64,000 nucleotides of DNA from Mobula hypostoma (lineage: Eukaryota): positions 44,144,001 through 44,208,000 of the forward strand of contig NC_086119.1 of NCBI RefSeq assembly GCF_963921235.1. The letters are read 5' to 3'. Under the pieces are notes generated by a model. It was not told the DNA's origin. It made no database searches and saw nothing but the letters and a program-made list of their open reading frames with translations. This document shows, one piece after another, positions 25,290-37,860 of this stretch; within the stretch, counting starts at the first letter, position 1, and the number at the start of each line of letters is the position of its first letter. The translations under genes were made by a program, and so were the position numbers.

Positions 25290-26155
25290 TGTTACATACC
25301 TCATGGATATCTTGTGACTGTCTTATGACCATGATGTAATTGAATATCTTATGAGCATGAGGTAATGGTCATGTGATGGTGGGGTGATGTAATTTTCCCA
25401 CCAGTGTGAGGTCACGTGATGACATGTTCACCACAGGTATAAAAGGGAGACCCCTAGGGTGACGCAGTTAGTTTTTCCAGTTGAGTTTTAAGTTAAGTTT
25501 GTTACTTAATTTGTCAGATACTCTGTTATGCTGCATATTTGTCTTATGACGCAGTTTTGTTTTAAAGTGGAGTTCTACTTTCTATTCTCAGTGGTATTGG
25601 AGCGTGAAGACCTTACTAAAGTACAGGAACTCGCAGAGTCGAGTAAAGCTGATATCGTTCGGCGGTTTCGGAGAGGATCGACCTTTATTGAGTCTTCGTT
25701 CAAGAAATAGTGACCTGCATCTGAGATATCCTATGCTAAAGCAGGAAGGATTGTGCAGTGTCTATTCTCCAGAGGAAAAGGTCAGTTCCTTTAAACCATT
25801 TTATTTCCATCGTCGGGAATCCTGCGGACAAGGCAGGTTCCGGCTGGGATCAGCAGTAACGTCACGTCTTTGAGGAATTCATTACCTCAGGAAAGTCTCT
25901 CCTAATTGACTGTATAAATCTCTTGGACTTTTGAATTTACCATTCTAAGAACTGTGTTCCAATTTTCCACTTTAAGAAATGTTTTTGCATTTACACTTTT
26001 AAGAACAGTTCCAGAGTTGCCATATAACAGTTAACTTCCCGTTAAGTTAGTCGTTTAAATACATTGCACTATTTTTGAGCAGAGTTTAATAAATGTTTGT
26101 TTGATTTTATAAAACCTAACTCAGTTCTATATTCATTGTTGCCAATCACATGACA
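25290..26155 (+). mobile_element. Solo LTR in RAD51D intron 4
   Basis: TGTTAC...TGACA termini; flanks caac/ctac; TATAAAA near 25438; AATAAA near 26088. Confidence 0.7.
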
Positions 26156-26159
26156 CTAC

Positions 26160-26630
26160 TCACAGGAATTCACAATCCTTCTGATTCCTGGTTCACTGCA
26201 GGGAAGCACCAGGGCCCTGTTCGGTCCGAAATGGTGGGAACTGCAGCTGAGCATGCTGGGATACCAATGGCTCTTTGTGATTCGTAAATGGCGTCTATTT
26301 CGATATGTTTATTTGCGGAGTTATCAGAAGAGAACCACGCTTCTAAAAATTCTCATGCACGCTTCTTATCTGCCTGCGCCAGGACCTCCGCGGTGCCCCA
26401 GCCAAAGTAGCGCAAGCCAATAGAGTTCAAAGGTCAATTGAAGTGGCAGCCAATCAGGACTGAGGTAAGTGAATGGAGGCCTATATAAACACAAGCACTC
26501 CCAAAGAGAAACACCAATAACTGCGCACTGAGGATGTCACCTCGACTAGTGATGAAACATCTGCAAAGCTTGGTGAGCACTGCAATATCAAACACCTCCA
26601 CCTGAGCTACCAACATTCATCAGCATCCTT
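26160..26630. mobile_element. Penelope-like element of a second family: GIY-YIG C-terminus (minus) plus inverted terminal repeat (plus)
   Basis: Minus FGW..AEVLAQADKKRA*EFLEAWFS..NS.NKHIEIDAIY; plus-strand hammerhead-like motif at 26525-26564. Confidence 0.7.
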
Positions 26631-27819
26631 ATCTTGTCTTGGTATGCCAAATGGCTCTGGTCCCCGCTGTACAATGGGAAGCTATGTTTATCAAAGATTT
26701 CTTGCCTAGTCGGAATGCACACTATCTGTAAACTCTCCCTGCCTGGACATTGTCATAAGCCTTGCCTTGCTGCAACTTCCATAGTACTTCATCACCTTCA
26801 TCATATTTTACATTTTAATTGCTAAAATTGTACTTCTTGACTCACACAGCTAAGCTGGGATAACAGAGAAGCAGCCTGTTCAAAGTCTGTTCTTCAATAT
26901 GGTGTTTATTCTTTACTTCCTCGTGCAGGCCACAGTTTATTGCTGCAGGTTGTCTTAATTTCAATTGTCAAAAGTTTGATCAGTAATTCCATACACAAAA
27001 TAACAATATCATTACTTCACCCACATTAATCAGCCAGATTAAAGGTAAATTCACAGAAGCTTGGATTATGATCAAAATTAAACCCAACTATTGTATAATT
27101 TCTCCCACGTCCATCCCAGATGTTATGCATATCTTCAAGTCAAGTCAAGTTTATTGTCATTTCGACCATAAGCTGCTGGTACAGTACACAGTAAAACGAA
27201 ACAATGTTCCTCCAGGACCATGGTGCTACATGAAACAACACAAAACTACACTAGACTATGTGAGATAGCACAAGGCTACACTAGACTACATCCATAAAAA
27301 CTACACTAGACTACAGACCTGAACAGGACCACATAAAGTGCACAAAACAGTGCAGGGCAGTACAATAATTAATAAACAAGACAATAGGCACAGTAGAGGA
27401 CAAATTACAATAATAAATGATGTAGATGTCAGTCTAGACTCTGAGTATTGAGGAGTCTGACGGCTTGGGGGGAGAAACTGTTGCACAGTCCTCAGGACAT
27501 ACACACCATAGTTTGAGCCCTCCTTGGATTAAATATACTAAGTGTACGCTGTAAGAAAAATAAATTCACAGTTTATAGACAGGAGTGACTGAGGCAAATG
27601 AATTGTGACAGGTTAGAACATTAGAACATAAGGAGGATCTGTTTATTTGGATTCTTGTGCCACTGATTTCAAACTTGCCAGTCAGTCAGCTCAGTTGAAT
27701 TTAACTCCGCTGGGTTCGGCCAGGTGTGTTTAGAGCTCCAGAATACTGAATGATTGGACCTATTCTTGTTTAAATGTAGATAATCAGTAAGAAGCTGCAG
27801 AAATTCAGAGTGTTCTTAC

Positions 27820-27901
27820 CTGAGTCTTTCCGCTGCCCGGTCCTCCGACAAATTCTGTCAGCTCTCCTGTGTAAAGGCCCGAATCCAGCAACTTGTCCAG
27901 G
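27820..27901 (-). CDS. RAD51D: RAD51D exon 4 with Walker A ([27 protein letters not shown])
   Basis: ttgcag| ... CAG|gtaag; 82 nt; P-loop GGPGSGKT. Confidence 0.97.
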
Positions 27902-28539
27902 CTGCAAAGGGAAGGCAGAAACCTCCAGTAAAAGGTCGATGATCTGGTGAGGGCAGTAACAATCCAGCTCCTCAATGCAGCGGCACCATCTCAAGGTGAG
28001 CTGAGTGACTAATGGCATGCTACCAAGCTTCCCTACGTCCCTAAACATTGCCACCGGCCCAGTCAGAAACCAGGTGACCTGCCAGCATAACACAGCACCA
28101 TGTGTACACCGTTAATCCCATTCCTGTGAGCACACAGTGGCTCCTGCGTATACACCAGGTACCCCAGGATTTCAGGCAACCCAAAAACATCAGAAGATTG
28201 CCTATATCTTGCCCATTCCTTTCCACGTTACCTAAAGACTGCAGCAAGGCGAGGACGGGCTGATTCAGTTCACTGCTCCGCTCTGCGCTAAACTAAGTGT
28301 CTGGGGACGAACTCTCTTTGTGACCTTCAGTTCCAAACTCCAATTGCTTGCCTTTATTGTTTGCAAGATATGTTTTTTTTCTCTCTCTGCACACTGGGTA
28401 TTCGACGGTCTTCTCTTTTTTTTTAAATGGGGTCTTTTAGGTTTCTTTGTTTTGTGGCTGCCTATTAGTAGACGAATCTCAAGGTTGTATAATGTATACA
28501 TACTTTGATTAAAAAAATGTCCTTTGAACTTTGAATTAG

Positions 28540-29850
28540 ACATAGTACTCAGGACCAGAAATAGGCCATTCGGGCCATTGAGTCTGCTTCACCCAATACA
28601 GCAGATTCATTCAATCTATTTAGACCATAAGATATAGGAACAAAATCATGCCATTTGGACCATCAAATCGTCATGGCTGATCTATTTTCCCTCTCAGCCC
28701 CAATCTCCTGCCTTATCCCTGTATCCCTTCATGCCCTAACTAATCACGTATCTATCAAACTTTGCCTTAAATATACCCAATGACTTGGCCTCCTCAGCTG
28801 CCCTGTGGGAACGAATTCCCTGAGGCTGTGTTCTCTGGTCCTAGACTCTCTCACCACAGGAAACACCCTCTCCAAACCCACTCTATCAAGGCCTGACAGG
28901 TTTCAATAAGGTCACCCCTCATTTTTCTGAATTCTAGTGAATACAGGCCCAGAGCCATCAAACACTCTTTATTTGACAAGCCGTTCAAACCTGGAATCAT
29001 TTTTGTGAACCTCCTTTGAAACTTCTCTAGTTTCAGCACATCCTTTCTAAGATGAATGGTCCGAAACTGATTACAATACTCCAAGTGAGGCCTCACCAGT
29101 GCTTTATTAAACCTCAACATTACATCCTTGCTTTAATATTCTAGTCCTCTTGAAATTAATGCTAACATTACATCTGCCTACCTCACCAGAGACTCAACCT
29201 GCAAATTAACTTTTAAGGAATCCTGCACATGGACTCCCAAGCCCCTTCGCACCTCAGCTTTTTGTATTTTCTCTCCATGTTCTCATGTTCCCTGGAGTAC
29301 AGGAGGCCGAGATGTGACCTCACAGAACTGCACAAGATTATGAGAGGCACAGATAGGGTAGATGGCCAAAATGTTTTTTTACCCACTGTGGAGGTATCAA
29401 ACCCAAAAGGGAATGATTTCAAGTTAAGAAGTAAAATAATTAAAAAGACCCTTAGTGTTTAGTTCATTTTGCACTGGGAGTGGTTGATCTCTGGAACATG
29501 TTGCCATAGGAGACGGCGGGATCAGACACAATTTCTATGTTTAAGAGGAATTTAGACAACAGGCAGGGCATAAGAAAATAAGACACGGGAACAGAATTAG
29601 GACATTCAGCCCAATGAATCTGTTCTGCCATTTCAGTATCCCTCTCAACCCCATTCTTCTGCCTTCTCCCTGTGACCTTTGATGCCTTGACTAACCAAGA
29701 ATCTAACGACCCTCACTTTAAAAATACTCAATAACTTGGCCTCCACAGCTGTCGTGGCAATGAATTCCACAGATCGACCACCCTCGGGCTAAAGGAGTTC
29801 CTTCTCATCTTTGTCCGAAATGGACACCCCTCCCTTCTGAGGCTTCAGGA
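28540..29850. mobile_element. CR1 fragments (both orientations)
   Basis: ORF 28851..29120 LVRPHLEYC.QF..RRFTKMIPGL..MRGDLIE. Confidence 0.8.
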
Positions 29851-29940
29851 GCAGGTGCCCAGCTCCTCCTCCTATTTACTTATGTGACGTACAATGCAAC
29901 TCTCCTTCAAGGCACAGCAGGTGACTTGGGCAGTCCCTAC

Positions 29941-30059
29941 CTGGGGTTTCCCGTAGACAGGATGGCTGTGGAACCCAGCAGCTCCTCGTACAGATCCACA
30001 CCGTTCGAGGGGAATGGAGAATACTGAGCAAGTAACACACGCCTCACAGCCATCAACGT
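29941..30059 (-). CDS. RAD51D: RAD51D exon 3 ([40 protein letters not shown])
   Basis: ttttcag| ... AG|gtagg; 119 nt; RRVLLAQ and [14 protein letters not shown] conserved. Confidence 0.96.
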
Positions 30060-31343
30060 CTGAAAACATAGGAGAAACTGAGTGTAACCCAACATGAGGG
30101 GTAGTCGAGATGCAACATTATAAATACAGGAGCGACCTCTCAGAAGATAGGTGAAGACATGACTAGTAGCAAGGATCCCTGATCCATGGCGAGCTATCTG
30201 ATAAAGGTGAACAGGCTACCACAGACATTCTGTTCTGGGTGGGGAAGGGGTTGGAAGGATCAGGCTCACCTTTGTTCCTGCAAAGCTATGTCGCAATGGA
30301 TAAGACCCGGCGGTGCTCTCCTGACTGTGGGCATAGCTGGGCACCACCACTAACAGCCTACGCTGCTGGGTGAAGGGTGGGTCACTTGCTTGGGGTAGGA
30401 GAGCGCTGTGGAGAACCGGGGGAAATAAACCCTGGAGTGAACCAAAGCTTCAGGAAACAGGGGAGGGTGGGAAGTGGGGGGGGGAGGAGAGAGGTGGGGG
30501 GAGGAGGGAGAGGGGGAGTGGGTGGGGAGAGGGGGTGAGGGGGGGGAAGAGAGTGGAGAGGAAGAAAAAAACACCAACTACTAATGATACAGAACTCTTA
30601 AACTTGGGAGAGGGTGAGCTGCCTCATCCCAGTGAGTATACACAAATAGTCCCTCAGGAACACAGGCTCAATCTAACCAGTAGAGTTTAAGAATTTCAAG
30701 CCAGCAAATAGAAAAACCAGTAACTGTAATACTGACTGCAAACTTGGGAGTGTCAGAAAATAAACTGACTAGTCCCTGAGAGAAGGAAAGTTTCTACCCT
30801 TTCTCAACCTGACCCAAAGCTGAGTTCCATATTAACAAGGCTGATTCCTCACTGCCTTCTGAAAAGACCCAGTGAACTCCTCGAAGCTAAAGCCCAAACG
30901 GACCAGGGCTGGTGCAATACATGCCAGTTCTACCAGCAATGTCATTAGCTGCTCCTTCCTCATTTCCCCCTCCCCCTAACTTGCCAGTTAAGACAAGAAA
31001 TGGTAAACGTAAGAGATTCTGTAGATGAACACATACAAAATGGTGGAGGAATGCAGCAGGTCACAGTGGCAGAGTGGTTAGTGCAAAGTTATTACAGCTC
31101 GGGGCATCAGAGTTCGGAGTTCAATTCCAGCATCATCTGCAAGGAGTCTGTACGTCCTCCCTGTGGAATGCATGGGTCCTTTCTGATTTTCCTGTTTCCT
31201 CCAATAGACCAAAGACGTACCGGTTAGCAGGTTAATTTGTCATTGTAAACTGTCCCGTGATTCGGCTACGGTTCGATCGGGTGTCACTGGGCAGTGCAGA
31301 TCAAAGGGCCAGAAGGGCCTAATCTGCCTTGATTCTCTAAATA

Positions 31344-32854
31344 TAGTGAATTCCGGTGAATTGGGCCATCAGTTAATCGGGACAACTGTTTATTTCGGAC
31401 AACTTAAAGAACAAAAACTAATTGAGGAAATAACCAGGATTGCCACCATTTATTTGAGACACTAAACCACTTAATTGGGACAAGAAACTGTTGCCAAGCA
31501 GCTTCTAACTAATGTCTCCTGCACTTGCGTGGCCATTAGACACAACAGCATGCTTAGAGCAATCAGTTTTTAAATTATGTCAGTTGCATGTGCTTGTGTT
31601 TTTAAAAAAACACCAATTTTTGTCACTGATAGTCGGTGAGAAATAAGCATTAAGACAATTCAGAACTGTTTTGCTCACTGCGGTTTCAAGCACTCAGGCT
31701 TGGATATGCCAGAAATGGCCGGGAGTGAAAATGAAAGTTCATTCAACAAGTTAGAAACTGCGAAGAACTTGAAGGTATCAACAATCATCTTGAACGTTAC
31801 AATGAAAGCAAAGATTTGGAGGATGCAATTGTTGACAGGATTATATGAAGGCAGCCCATTATCTACACTAGGTGTCTGTGCTGATCTTGTTCATTCACAG
31901 TTAAAAGAATGCAACGTGGATAAGTTCCTCTGTCAATTTGTGTTATGAATACAACAAGTTTTGTATATGTTAGGAGTTGTTGGAGCCTGTGATTTAGAGC
32001 TGTAGTTCCATGGAGTGAGCTAGCGCTCTGCTATCTCTGAGAAAACTCTAGTAGAGAAATGCGAGCACGAGCTACCTTAAGGGGAAGTTCAGAGACGAGA
32101 CAAGGGGTCACAGTCGACTACACTTCTCGCCGATTAAAGAGTTGAGAAGAGCAAGCAATTCTCGGAGAGGCCTACTCAAAAGCGCTGGTCTGCGTCGCTT
32201 CCCTCGGAGAGGCTGCTGGTTTCTGTCACTTCCCTCGGAGCGGCCACTTGGGTCCTGATGCTCTCGGAGATGTTATTGGAACTCTGAGATTTATGGATTG
32301 GACTGTAGTTCATATTGGTCTCTTTCAGTTTTATGTTTTTTTTGTGTTTTCATCTATTCTTTCTTGTTGCCGATTGGGAGGCTGGGGGTTTGACGTTCTC
32401 GCTGTTATTTCTCCATGTGGATGATCTGTTAGCTTTTACGTGAGGGAGGGGTAGGGGGATGTTTGGGGTATGTGAGTTTTTGCTTCTTTTTCTTCTCATG
32501 CGAGGGGGGTTACAACTAGAGGGTAAAGGGGGTGATTGGTGTCTGTCTTTCAACTACTTTTATGGTTTTCTGTACTATGGCCATCTGGAGAAGACAAATC
32601 TCAGAGTCGTATTCTGCACACAAACTTTGATAATAAAATGAACCTTTGAACTAATGTACAGTTTTATAATTCTGCAGTAGTATTGATAGTGTTCTAATTT
32701 GTTCTGTATTTCATTTAAATACATAACTTGTTACCCAGTTTGTCTTTTTTTTTATACCTTTTAACTATTTCCATGAAACTGGCTAATGAGGCAGTCGCTT
32801 AATTGGGCCAAAATGTACTGGTCCCGATGTGTCCCATTTAACCGGAAACCACTG
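31344..32854. mobile_element. Tigger/pogo-like non-autonomous DNA transposon with an internal insertion (about 31970-32650)
   Basis: Imperfect TIRs tagtgaattccggt / accggaaaccactg flanked by TA. Confidence 0.6.
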
Positions 32855-32857
32855 TAA

Positions 32858-33482
32858 ATGGGAGGTCGTTTCGCTGAACGCCTATGCTCTGTCCACCAGA
32901 GAAAGCAGGATCTCCCAGTGGCCACACATTTTAATTCCACGTCCCATTCCCATTCTGATATGTCTATCCACGGCCTCCCCTACTGTAAAGATGAAGCCAC
33001 AATCAGGTTGGAGGAGAAACACCTTATTTTCCATCTGGGTAGCCTCCAACCTGATGGCATGAACATTGACTTCTCAAACTTCCGCTAATGCCCCACCTCC
33101 CCCTCTTACCCCATTCGTTATTTATCTATATACACACATTCTTTTTCTCTCTCTCTCCTTTTTCTCCCTCTGTCCCTCTCACTATACCCCTTGCCCATCC
33201 TCTGGGTTTCCCCCCTCCCCCTTTTCTTTCTCCCTAGGCCTCCTGTCCCAAGATTCTCTCATATCCCTTTTGCCAATCAACTGTCCAGCTCTTGGCTCCA
33301 TCCCTCCCCCTCCTGTCTTCTCCTATCATTTTGGATCTCCCCCTCCCCCTTTCAAATCTCTTACTAACTCTTCCTTCAGTTAGTCCTGACGAAGGGTCTT
33401 GGCCCGAAACGTCGACTGCACCTCTTCCTAGAGATGCTGCCTGGCCTGCTGCATTCACCAGCAACTTTTGTGTGTGTTGCTT
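32858..33482 (+). mobile_element. Penelope-like element 3' end (GIY-YIG C-terminus, pyrimidine-rich UTR, hammerhead)
   Basis: ORF 32858..33088 RFAE.L.SV...LPVATHFNS..H.....EEKHLIFHLGSLQPDGMNIDF. Confidence 0.85.
33382..33417 (+). ncRNA. Minimal type I hammerhead ribozyme motif (Penelope-associated)
   Basis: AGUC-CUGACGA-A-GGGU CUUG GCCC-GAAACGUC-GACU: intact core, stems I and II, palindromic stem III. Confidence 0.7.
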
Positions 33483-33854
33483 GAAAGGAATAAAGGGTTG
33501 ACAATTCAGACCGAGATCCTTCATCAGGACTGCAGATGCTGGATATCTTGAGCAACACACATAAAATGCTGTTGGAACTCAGCAAGTCAGGCAGCGTCTA
33601 CAGAGCAGAATAAACTGTCAACCTTTTGGGCCCAAAACGTCAATCGTACTCCCCTCCATCGAAGCTGCCTGACTTGCTGAATTCCACCAGCATTTTGAGA
33701 CAAGAAATGGGGCCCTGTTTAACACTGCAGCACCATTCATTAATTAAAAAATAATTCCCTTTGAACCACCACTACAACAGCAGCTTAACGCACCAAGTCT
33801 GCCTTTGGACGGCCAAGACAGTAGAAGCAACACTAGAGGCAGTTTCTTTATTAC

Positions 33855-33916
33855 CTTGTACGAAATCGAACATTTCTGCGCCAGGTCTTCAATGTCTGCA
33901 GTCACTAAGTTCACCA
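33855..33916 (-). CDS. RAD51D: RAD51D exon 2 (VVNLVTADIEDLAQKCSISYK)
   Basis: tttcag| ... AAG|gtaat; 62 nt; homologous to [21 protein letters not shown]. Confidence 0.96.
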
Positions 33917-34181
33917 CTGAAACAGATTGAAGAACATATTAGACCGTATTGGAACTTAACTCTCAGCCCAGAGGTTTCAGGATTACACTCCCATCTGACA
34001 GTTTTGCTGGAATAATTCAGATTCTGTGCCTTTATCTGTGACAAACTAAAGGTAGCCTTCAGCCTATGTTCAGTACAAATTAGTTTTCAATTCCCAAAAC
34101 ACAGATTGGGTCTTGGAGTTTACACCATCTCTTTGCGCTCCAGATGGAAATAGTGGTGGCATCCATAACAGTATCTTCACT

Positions 34182-34480
34182 GGACATGGCCAAGTGGTTA
34201 AGGTATCGGTCTAGTGATCTGAAGGTCGCTAGTTCAAGCCTTGGCTGAGGCCGCGGGTTGTGTCCTTGGGCAAGGCACTTAACCACACATTGCTCTGCGA
34301 TGACACCGGTGCCAAGCTGTATGGGTCCTAATGCCCTTCCCTTAGACAACATCGGTGGCATGGAGAGGGAAGACTTGCAGCATGGGCAACTGCCGGTCTT
34401 CCATGCAACCTTGCCCAGGCCTGCGCCCTGGAAACCTTCCAAGGCGCAAATCCATGGTCTCACGAGACTAACGGATGCCT
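34182..34480 (+). mobile_element. tRNA/CORE-like SINE, copy C
   Basis: Highly similar to copies A, B and D. Confidence 0.85.
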
Positions 34481-35769
34481 ATTCAACTGGAAGATAACAT
34501 CCCAAAGAGCTTGGTACTAAAGTCATGTCAAGACAATGAAAGAGATCATCTCTGCTTTGTCCACTAATGTGACAGGGACTGTTGTGAGGGCAAGCATTCC
34601 CAACCACGGTTTGATGCATTTCTGAGGTTTCATTATGTGTTAGCAACCATCTCTGTTCCCCAACAGACTTTTTCACATTAAACAATGTAACCAAACTCAA
34701 TAATTAACAGCAGTGCTAGAAGTTTAATATTTACTCCCTGGAGACCACAAGACAATCTTAAGGTTCGATGCAGTGTCCTTACTAAAGGACATCTAAGATT
34801 CGCAATGCCCAAAAGCAGAATTCTTAGAGATGCTGAAATATTTGGAAATCCACAGCTGATCATGTGGTATCCACAGACAGAAAGAGTTAGTGTTTCAAGC
34901 CAGGTCTCGGCCTGAAAGTTTGTTCATTTCCATGAGTGTTGTCTGACCTGCCGAGTTCCTCCAGCATTTTGTGTGTGTTGCTCAGCGTTTCAAGCTGATT
35001 TTTTTCATCGAAACTGAAGAAAAAGTTACAAATGAAACCTATGGTAAAGTTGAAGACAAATGGGGGTGGGGAGGGGAGGAAAGAAACAAAATGCTGTCAT
35101 TGATTGGTTGGGACTTGGAGTGAATCATATTATTTTTAAATTTACACTTATTGTCCATCCTTACAGCTTTTGAACCAAGTGGCTTGCTAGGCCATTTCAG
35201 AGCGTGTTTAAGGGTCAATGAATGTGGAGTTACATATTTGCCAGAAAGGGTAAGAATGCCAGATTTCCTCCCCAAATCCATAGGTGACATAACACCCATA
35301 GCTCAGGTAACATTCTGAATGGTGGAAAATAGTGGTAAAGACCACACAACCATAGGCTCGTTTAGGGGGAGATGAAATAGTAACAATTCTGATATTAAAA
35401 TATGCAAAATATATTGCCTGCTGTAAAACTTTGAGATGTTGCATAAATAAGCCAAGAAACTGCTCCAGCAGTGCACTTGAGTAGCACGATATAATTTATG
35501 AAGCATGGGATTACAAAATCTGGGACCCAGTCCAATCCCACAGGTGTCTAGCTCGGTGTCCAACTGAATTCCTTCAAACTTTAAAAAAAAAGACGAGATT
35601 CAGCTTGCACGGGAATGTATTTTTGTTGGTGTGGTGTATACTGCCTCCACATGAGGCCGCCGGACATTACAATTGGCTATAATGCCCGCTGACGCGACCT
35701 GAAGCGTGAAAGGCGGCTGTCTTTGTGAGTATTCCCACCCGAGGGCTAGCAGAGCAAGTCACTCCATAC

Positions 35770-35851
35770 CTGTCTTCACGTTCTGCTCCTTTAAAGCCTG
35801 GATGAGGTGGGCGGTGGCTCCGGGACAGATGCCCTCTCTGAGGATCACCAT
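35770..35851 (-). CDS. RAD51D: RAD51D exon 1 (MVILREGICPGATAHLIQALKEQNVKT)
   Basis: ATG at 35851; 82 nt; donor G|GTATG; resembles the human N-terminus [27 protein letters not shown] and matches the recalled human exon size. Confidence 0.96.
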
Positions 35852-35859
35852 AGTGGGAG

Positions 35860-36200
35860 AGCGACTATGGGACTCCTAGCGCCCCGGGTCTGCGGCTGCG
35901 ATCTCAAACGGGGCGAGTGGAAGTGGGGGTAAAGCGTGTGCACAGCCCGGTGGGCGCCAGCCCCCTAGCAACTTGACTGTCGGGCCCGGATTCCCCCACG
36001 CGAACTCTCCCTTATTTCTAATCGCCGCCCCTCCGCTTGACTCATCTTCCCGCCAGAAAAGTAACAAAAATCTAATTTACTGTCGCGGAGTTCCAGAACT
36101 TCATGACGTCACCCCGTTTGTTTAAAAAAAACAAATTAGCCCCGTAATTACTCGTATAAACCAGACCTGTGCAACTCCGACCGTAAATAGTGGTGTAATG
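35860..36200 (-). promoter_or_regulatory. CpG-rich RAD51D promoter with E2F (TTCCCGCC 36047-54), AP-1 (TGACTCA 36038-44) and CRE (TGACGTCA 36104-11) motifs
   Basis: CpG-dense unique sequence directly upstream of the ATG; exact motif matches. Confidence 0.7.
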
Positions 36201-37364
36201 TCACTCCTAAAAGCTGCAAGAAGTAGTTATAATTAAAAAAGAGATAGCAAAATGATCAAAGTTCGATCACTGTTGTCCCCATTTAATCTTTTGCCAAAGC
36301 TGTTCTTATTACTTCAAAATATTTAATTTTGTTTATTTGGTAAATTTTTTCACAGTTCACAATTTCACAAAATACACAGATTTTTAAAAAATATATATAT
36401 TTATTCTTTCATAGGATGTGGGCATCAATAGTAAAACAGCATTTATTGTTTGTCCCGAGTTTCTCTGAACTGAGGAGGCAGTAAGGAGTCAACCTGATTG
36501 GCGAGTCACACAAATGGGCAAGACAGGGTAAGGACAACAGATTTCCTTCCCTGAAGAACGTTATGAAATCATGTGATATTTTATATGGTAAACTGCTAGG
36601 TTCATGTAGTCATTACTAGCTTCTTAAAAGAAAATTTAGTTTCCACAGTCACCATGATGGCATTTGAACTCATGTGTGGAAATCAATAGTCAAGAGCAAT
36701 ACCCTACTAGTCCAGTTAACTTATGATTCAAGATTCTAAGTTGTCATTTCCAGTACAGAAATTTAAGGGAGAATTAAATAATTGTTACTCCAGATCTGAT
36801 GTGGCACAAAAAAGACACAATAAGATAAAGAAGACAATGATAAATATACACAATTTAAATATATAAAAGAGTTTATATACATAGACTCATTGTATATACA
36901 TAAAGTGACAGTAGATACAGGAGTGGCCGTACATAAGGTGACTCTGACAGGAAATAACAGAGTAGTTGTGTGGGGGTTGTCGAACGATAGGTTAGTGGGT
37001 GGAGGTGTTGATCAGCCTTACTGTTTGGGAAAGTAACTGTTTTAAAGTTAGGGGGTTCTCCCTGATGGGAGTGGGACAAACAGTCCATGGGTGGGATCCT
37101 TTATGATGTTGCTGGCCTTATTCTGTATGAATATGACGTTGCTGGCCTTATTCTGTATGTATATGCCCTTGTGGTGTTAACCTCTGATAAAGGACATTTG
37201 GCCTGAAACATTAACCCTATTTCCCTCTCCATGGTTGCTGGCAGACCTCCTGAATGCATCCAGAGTTTTCTGTTTTCATTGATCATTATGCTTACTGCAA
37301 TAACCAGATTAATATTACTTTTGTATACATGCTGTGGTATATTGATAAAGGTTGTTATTAATTG

Positions 37365-37860
37365 TCCCAGGGGCATGCATCTCAAATAGCCTCTGACAAC
37401 CAAGTCCAGCTCCTGGCCTTCACGCATGGCTTAGCTAGTAAGCCTGGCAGAACAGTTTCTGCTGACAGGAGAAGAGGCAAAGGTGGGTTACTGGTGCCTT
37501 AAAGCCTCTGGGCGAGCTTGTCAGCCGTGGCTGGCAGCTCGTCGAGGAGAAGGAAAACTCTGATCTCAAACCTCTGCTGCCTTGCAGTTATACAGCTATA
37601 GCCACTCATGGGGAAGACTTTGGGAGTAATCCCCGAGGAATAATCTGCAGCAGGATTCCCTACATAGAGTTCAACGCTGACTGGCAACTCAGGTAATGCT
37701 GCTGGTGCCAAACTGTGTTGGTCTTGGCCGTTCTCTTGGATCCATCAGCTGTATGGAGAGGGGGAGCCCGCTACATAGGCAGCAGTTTGCTCTCCTTCTT
37801 GTAGTGCCCTGGCGTGCATATCATACAGACAGATAGGACGCGACATCCATGGTTGACTTC
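37365..37860 (+). mobile_element. RTE/Vingi-like LINE 5' region relic
   Basis: ggagaaggaaaactctgatctcaaacctc motif recalled from RTE/Vingi 5' UTRs. Confidence 0.4.
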
